A stretch of DNA of 64,000 nucleotides, from positions 5,840,962 to 5,904,961 of the forward strand of contig OZ253939.1 of NCBI GenBank assembly GCA_965267245.1. Direction: 5' to 3'. Positions 60,925 to 64,000 of the stretch are shown here, piece after piece. Under the pieces are notes generated by a model. The model saw only the letters and a program-made list of their open reading frames with translations. It did not search any database and was not told the origin of the DNA. Position numbers and translations under genes: made by a program. How positions within the stretch are numbered: position 1 is the first letter of the stretch; every line of letters begins with the position of its first letter. The stretch comes from Cyclobacteriaceae bacterium. Lineage in GTDB: Bacteria > Bacteroidota > Bacteroidia > Cytophagales > Cyclobacteriaceae.

Positions 60925-63303
60925 TCATACCTTATAAGCTGTCCCTTTCTGGTTTTCCAAACCTCTATCGGTAATTTCAAAACTTAGTTTGCTCAGGATG
61001 ATCGTGGCATCCCTATTCTGTATTTTCTTGGATGCTATTACTTTTTCGATCTCCAGGTTATCAAAACTAGATTCAAATTTTAGGAGTCGGGTATTTTTAA
61101 GTTTTGCATTAACTACCTCATGTTCTGCATCCTGGATATTTTCACTCTGGAAATTTCTCAGGGCATATCCTGGTAGCTTAGTGGATTCTGCATTGTAATT
61201 ATGTGGAGCTGCTAAATAGTATGTGTAATCATTGTTTGCCTGGTTAGTGTCTGGTTGCAATCCATGATAGTATGCAATTTTAGGCTCGTGTTTTTCAGAA
61301 ACTATAGGTGTGTAGTATACAGATGTAACTCTGATCAGAATAGTTTTGACTGTTACGTCTGCCAAATATGCCTCATCCAAGTAGATTTCTCGTTGATTTT
61401 CTAAGTGAAAGCCTATCCATTTATTTGGATACTGCATTGCATCTGATTCTTCATTTAGCTCAGGGACCAAAAAAACAGACATAGATGAATCCAAGAGCCC
61501 AGAAAACTCATCAAACTCAATCTTCACTTTAAATGCACCATAAATATCAGATCCCCCGGATGAAGACACCGTAAACTTTGTAAGTGTACGGATTTCATAC
61601 CTATCAAACTTGACTGGCTGTAACTTATTCAGAATTAATTCACGTATGTCATCTATTTTGGAGTATTTAAACTTCTGGTAGGGCTGTGTATAATACTGTA
61701 GCAACAATGAGCCATTATTAGAATCCGCTGTGGCAGACCCTGAGCCATTTGAAATAGTCTCCCCATCTATGAATGCACCATCAGAAAAAACTTCTAAGGT
61801 ACTGCCATCTATTCCAAATATTTCTGCTTTACTATTACTTTCTTCACCCACTAAAACAAGATGGACAGAACCTATCGTCCCGGATGCGCCTCCATCCGTA
61901 GTGAATGCTTCTCCTTCCTTAAAATTGTATCTATTTGCCTCGTGTCTAAACAATATACATACACCTGCACTATAGGATGAAACATAACCTTTGGCACCAC
62001 TTTCGTCACCTGTAAGAATGTCTGCAGTGGTAATGGATCCACTTACTCCAGTAAGTATTAGATGAGGTAAGATTTCACCGGAAGTACTGCTTATATCTAT
62101 TTCGGAAGGATTGGTTTTTTGAACCTGGTAATAGGCGTTATCCCTTAATAAAAAAACATAATCACCAATTTCTGGGCTTACTATGTTTGCTGTTGCATCA
62201 TTCAGATCATCAAACTCACCTTTATAAGTTCCCTGTAATTCTTCCTCTACATCATCAAATAGTTCATCATCCAGGTTCCATATGAGTTTAAGTTCTTTTA
62301 CATCTATCCTGCTGCCTCCTTCAAACCTGAAATTACTACCTATTTCAAGAGAAGTCTTATTCAGTAGTCTGTTTATACTGTTGATTGATAGTGTTTGGTT
62401 AACAGGATCAATACTGATATCACTGCATGTGACTTTAGCATAGTCACTCACGAGCTCATAAAATGTAAGTCCCTCTGGCATGAAATAAGCCACATCAATT
62501 TTATTGGAAATGTGACTAAAATTATATTCTCTGGTAGAATACGCTCTGGCTAGTCTTCTGCTTTTTCTTCCGGATCCGCCACCAGAACCTCTGTACCTTC
62601 TAGGTGTGTATGCAGAATTGGAATTTGAATTGTTAGCAAACGCTTCCCTGGGTCTGGTTCTTGTAAAAATATTTGGGATGAATTTATCTGGAATAATAAT
62701 GAGCTGTTTGAACCTGTTAGCAGCAGAACTGTAATTGTCAATCAGCTTATATCCAAATTGCTCACAGCAAATCTTGATCAAATATTGAATCCCAAAGCAT
62801 GGGCAAATATTTCCACCTTTATCATTTACATAAAATGGTATATCATCTTTGATTTGCATCCTGGGAAATACCATTTCTGGGTAATTCTCATTATTCCAAT
62901 CTGCGGTGAACTCATCAAATGTGCCATCAATGATGTCTAATTGTTTCGTGATCACCTGAGTGAGATCAAAATCTTTTGATTTATATAATTCCGAATTTAT
63001 GACACTAAATGAGCCAATGAAATATTCATCGTCTATATCATCAAGATTGAAAACACCACTTCTCCATATCATGCCATCAATAGAAATGAAGAACCCGTCA
63101 TACTCTTTAAGCTGGTTTTTAGGATTTGAAGGATCATGAGCGAAACCGAACAGTGATTCATTTCCTTCAATTGGAATTTTGAATTGCCACGTGTATTCGT
63201 TGTTTATTAGTTCAAAATCCAAAAAATCATGCTCTACCTCATAATTTATCACTGACTTTTGAGGTAGCGAAATATCTGTACTGTATCTACGCAATCCTAT
63301 CAT
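60925..63303 (-). CDS. Large structural-type protein of element 2 (fibre/baseplate-like)
   Basis: 792-aa ORF that is beta-rich and has a Gly/Arg-rich internal segment RRYRGSGGGSGRKSRRLARAY. No family recognised. The call rests on position and size. Confidence 0.45.
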   Translation of the reverse strand: MIGLRRYSTDISLPQKSVINYEVEHDFLDFELINNEYTWQFKIPIEGNESLFGFAHDPSNPKNQLKEYDGFFISIDGMIWRSGVFNLDDIDDEYFIGSFSVINSELYKSKDFDLTQVITKQLDIIDGTFDEFTADWNNENYPEMVFPRMQIKDDIPFYVNDKGGNICPCFGIQYLIKICCEQFGYKLIDNYSSAANRFKQLIIIPDKFIPNIFTRTRPREAFANNSNSNSAYTPRRYRGSGGGSGRKSRRLARAYSTREYNFSHISNKIDVAYFMPEGLTFYELVSDYAKVTCSDISIDPVNQTLSINSINRLLNKTSLEIGSNFRFEGGSRIDVKELKLIWNLDDELFDDVEEELQGTYKGEFDDLNDATANIVSPEIGDYVFLLRDNAYYQVQKTNPSEIDISSTSGEILPHLILTGVSGSITTADILTGDESGAKGYVSSYSAGVCILFRHEANRYNFKEGEAFTTDGGASGTIGSVHLVLVGEESNSKAEIFGIDGSTLEVFSDGAFIDGETISNGSGSATADSNNGSLLLQYYTQPYQKFKYSKIDDIRELILNKLQPVKFDRYEIRTLTKFTVSSSGGSDIYGAFKVKIEFDEFSGLLDSSMSVFLVPELNEESDAMQYPNKWIGFHLENQREIYLDEAYLADVTVKTILIRVTSVYYTPIVSEKHEPKIAYYHGLQPDTNQANNDYTYYLAAPHNYNAESTKLPGYALRNFQSENIQDAEHEVVNAKLKNTRLLKFESSFDNLEIEKVIASKKIQNRDATIILSKLSFEITDRGLENQKGTAYKV

Positions 63304-64000
63304 GACACCCGGTTTAAAGTTCGGTTATCATAGTTGTATCGGTATTGGAAACTTAAATTTTTAATATTGCTCCATTCTGATGGCAGTGAAGATGATTTGG
63401 TTATTAATCGGACCGGAACGGGTATATTCACACCATCTTTGACCACAATTTTGTGTACTACATTATGGTGGATCATGTCCTTCAGTGCCAGAATCTCTTT
63501 TTTCGGTTTGTTTCCGGTGAAAACCTCGTATATATCCCTGCTTATTTGGTTATTTACCTCAAACTCAGCCTCGCTATAAGAGTATCCTACATGAAGATTT
63601 TTTCTATGAACAACTTCTTCTGATTCGAAAATATTCTGTTCATCTCCTTCGCATACCAGGTAATCTAACCCACCCATACTATTCTTATAATAAAATATGT
63701 AATTTCTGCTGGATTTATCTGAAACAATAATGTATTCCAATACAGTAATTACAGGATCTTCTTCTACCCACACCTCAATTTTTCTAATAGTCTTTAGAGG
63801 GTCTAGTGTTTGCAGTGAGCTTAATCTTACCGGTGTAAGGTATGTTACACCCAGCTGATATTCTGAAATATCAGTAGTTTGCGTGGTGCTGGTATCATCA
63901 GTGTAGGTCACTTTTACTTTTAATTCGGTAACCTCAGAATCTAATCTTTGGAAATGGAGTAAATCCACTGGAAGGCTCTCCGGATATTCTCTTTTAAGTG
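63300..64000 (-). CDS. Structural-module protein, N-terminus outside the window
   Basis: The frame stays open upstream of the track's GTG at 63968 (...LKREYPESLPVDLLHF), so the gene probably starts beyond 64000. ATGA overlap with the downstream gene. Confidence 0.45.
   Translation of the reverse strand, partial: LKREYPESLPVDLLHFQRLDSEVTELKVKVTYTDDTSTTQTTDISEYQLGVTYLTPVRLSSLQTLDPLKTIRKIEVWVEEDPVITVLEYIIVSDKSSRNYIFYYKNSMGGLDYLVCEGDEQNIFESEEVVHRKNLHVGYSYSEAEFEVNNQISRDIYEVFTGNKPKKEILALKDMIHHNVVHKIVVKDGVNIPVPVRLITKSSSLPSEWSNIKNLSFQYRYNYDNRTLNRVS

Larger units (their letters stand above)
51509..64000. mobile_element. Integrated temperate element 2 (prophage-like), right end outside the window
   Basis: It has its own serine recombinase, iterons, replication genes, an XRE switch, a TPR/lipopeptide module and large structural-type ORFs running off the window. 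No third core copy is seen before 64000. Confidence 0.6.

Overview
This is a 64-kb stretch of a Bacteroidota-type chromosome (T9SS C-terminal sorting domains, a TAnnTTTG-type promoter). Positions 1-12 kb are ordinary host DNA: a partial FAS1 lipoprotein, tRNA-Arg(UCG), sucC, a lolD-like ABC ATPase, an EamA transporter, a 1443-aa T9SS-secreted repeat protein, a T9SS-secreted GH13 amylase, gap and tRNA-Glu(UUC). From the 3' end of tRNA-Glu onward everything is mobile DNA. Two different temperate elements sit in tandem. Each begins with the same 12-nt core GGACTGCCAAAG (12027-12038 and 51509-51520), its own + strand terminator, and its own large serine recombinase reading across the core. Element 1 (about 39.5 kb, 12027-51520) carries an XRE-type immunity switch with palindromic operators, two orphan DNA methyltransferases and a PP-loop enzyme. 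It also carries an ArdC-like fusion protein, a primase-helicase next to an iteron origin, a five-gene glycosyl/methyl-transferase island and two GH108 muramidases. Its structural block is made of small proteins and many single-pass membrane proteins. By eye I find no terminase, portal, HK97-type capsid or tail genes. Element 2 (51509 to beyond 64000) has its own recombinase, an 11-copy iteron field, DUF3987 and DnaB-N-like replication genes, an immunity switch, a 6-TM voltage-gated-type K+ channel and the start of a structural module. The most interesting points are listed here. (1) Element 1 may be a tail-less, membrane-rich virus, with an internally duplicated 255-aa protein as a capsid candidate. 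(2) Both elements carry a module made of a tiny acidic lipoprotein ending in PCCN plus a periplasmic TPR protein with a C-terminal TM anchor. (3) Both elements are stacked at tRNA-Glu by serine recombinases. (4) A start-associated motif AACCACACACCA and a gene-junction 12-mer CGATCCAAAATG recur in element 1. (5) A HEPN-like two-gene operon in element 1 appears to be under the immunity operator. All functional calls come from reading motifs by eye, and no database search was run.
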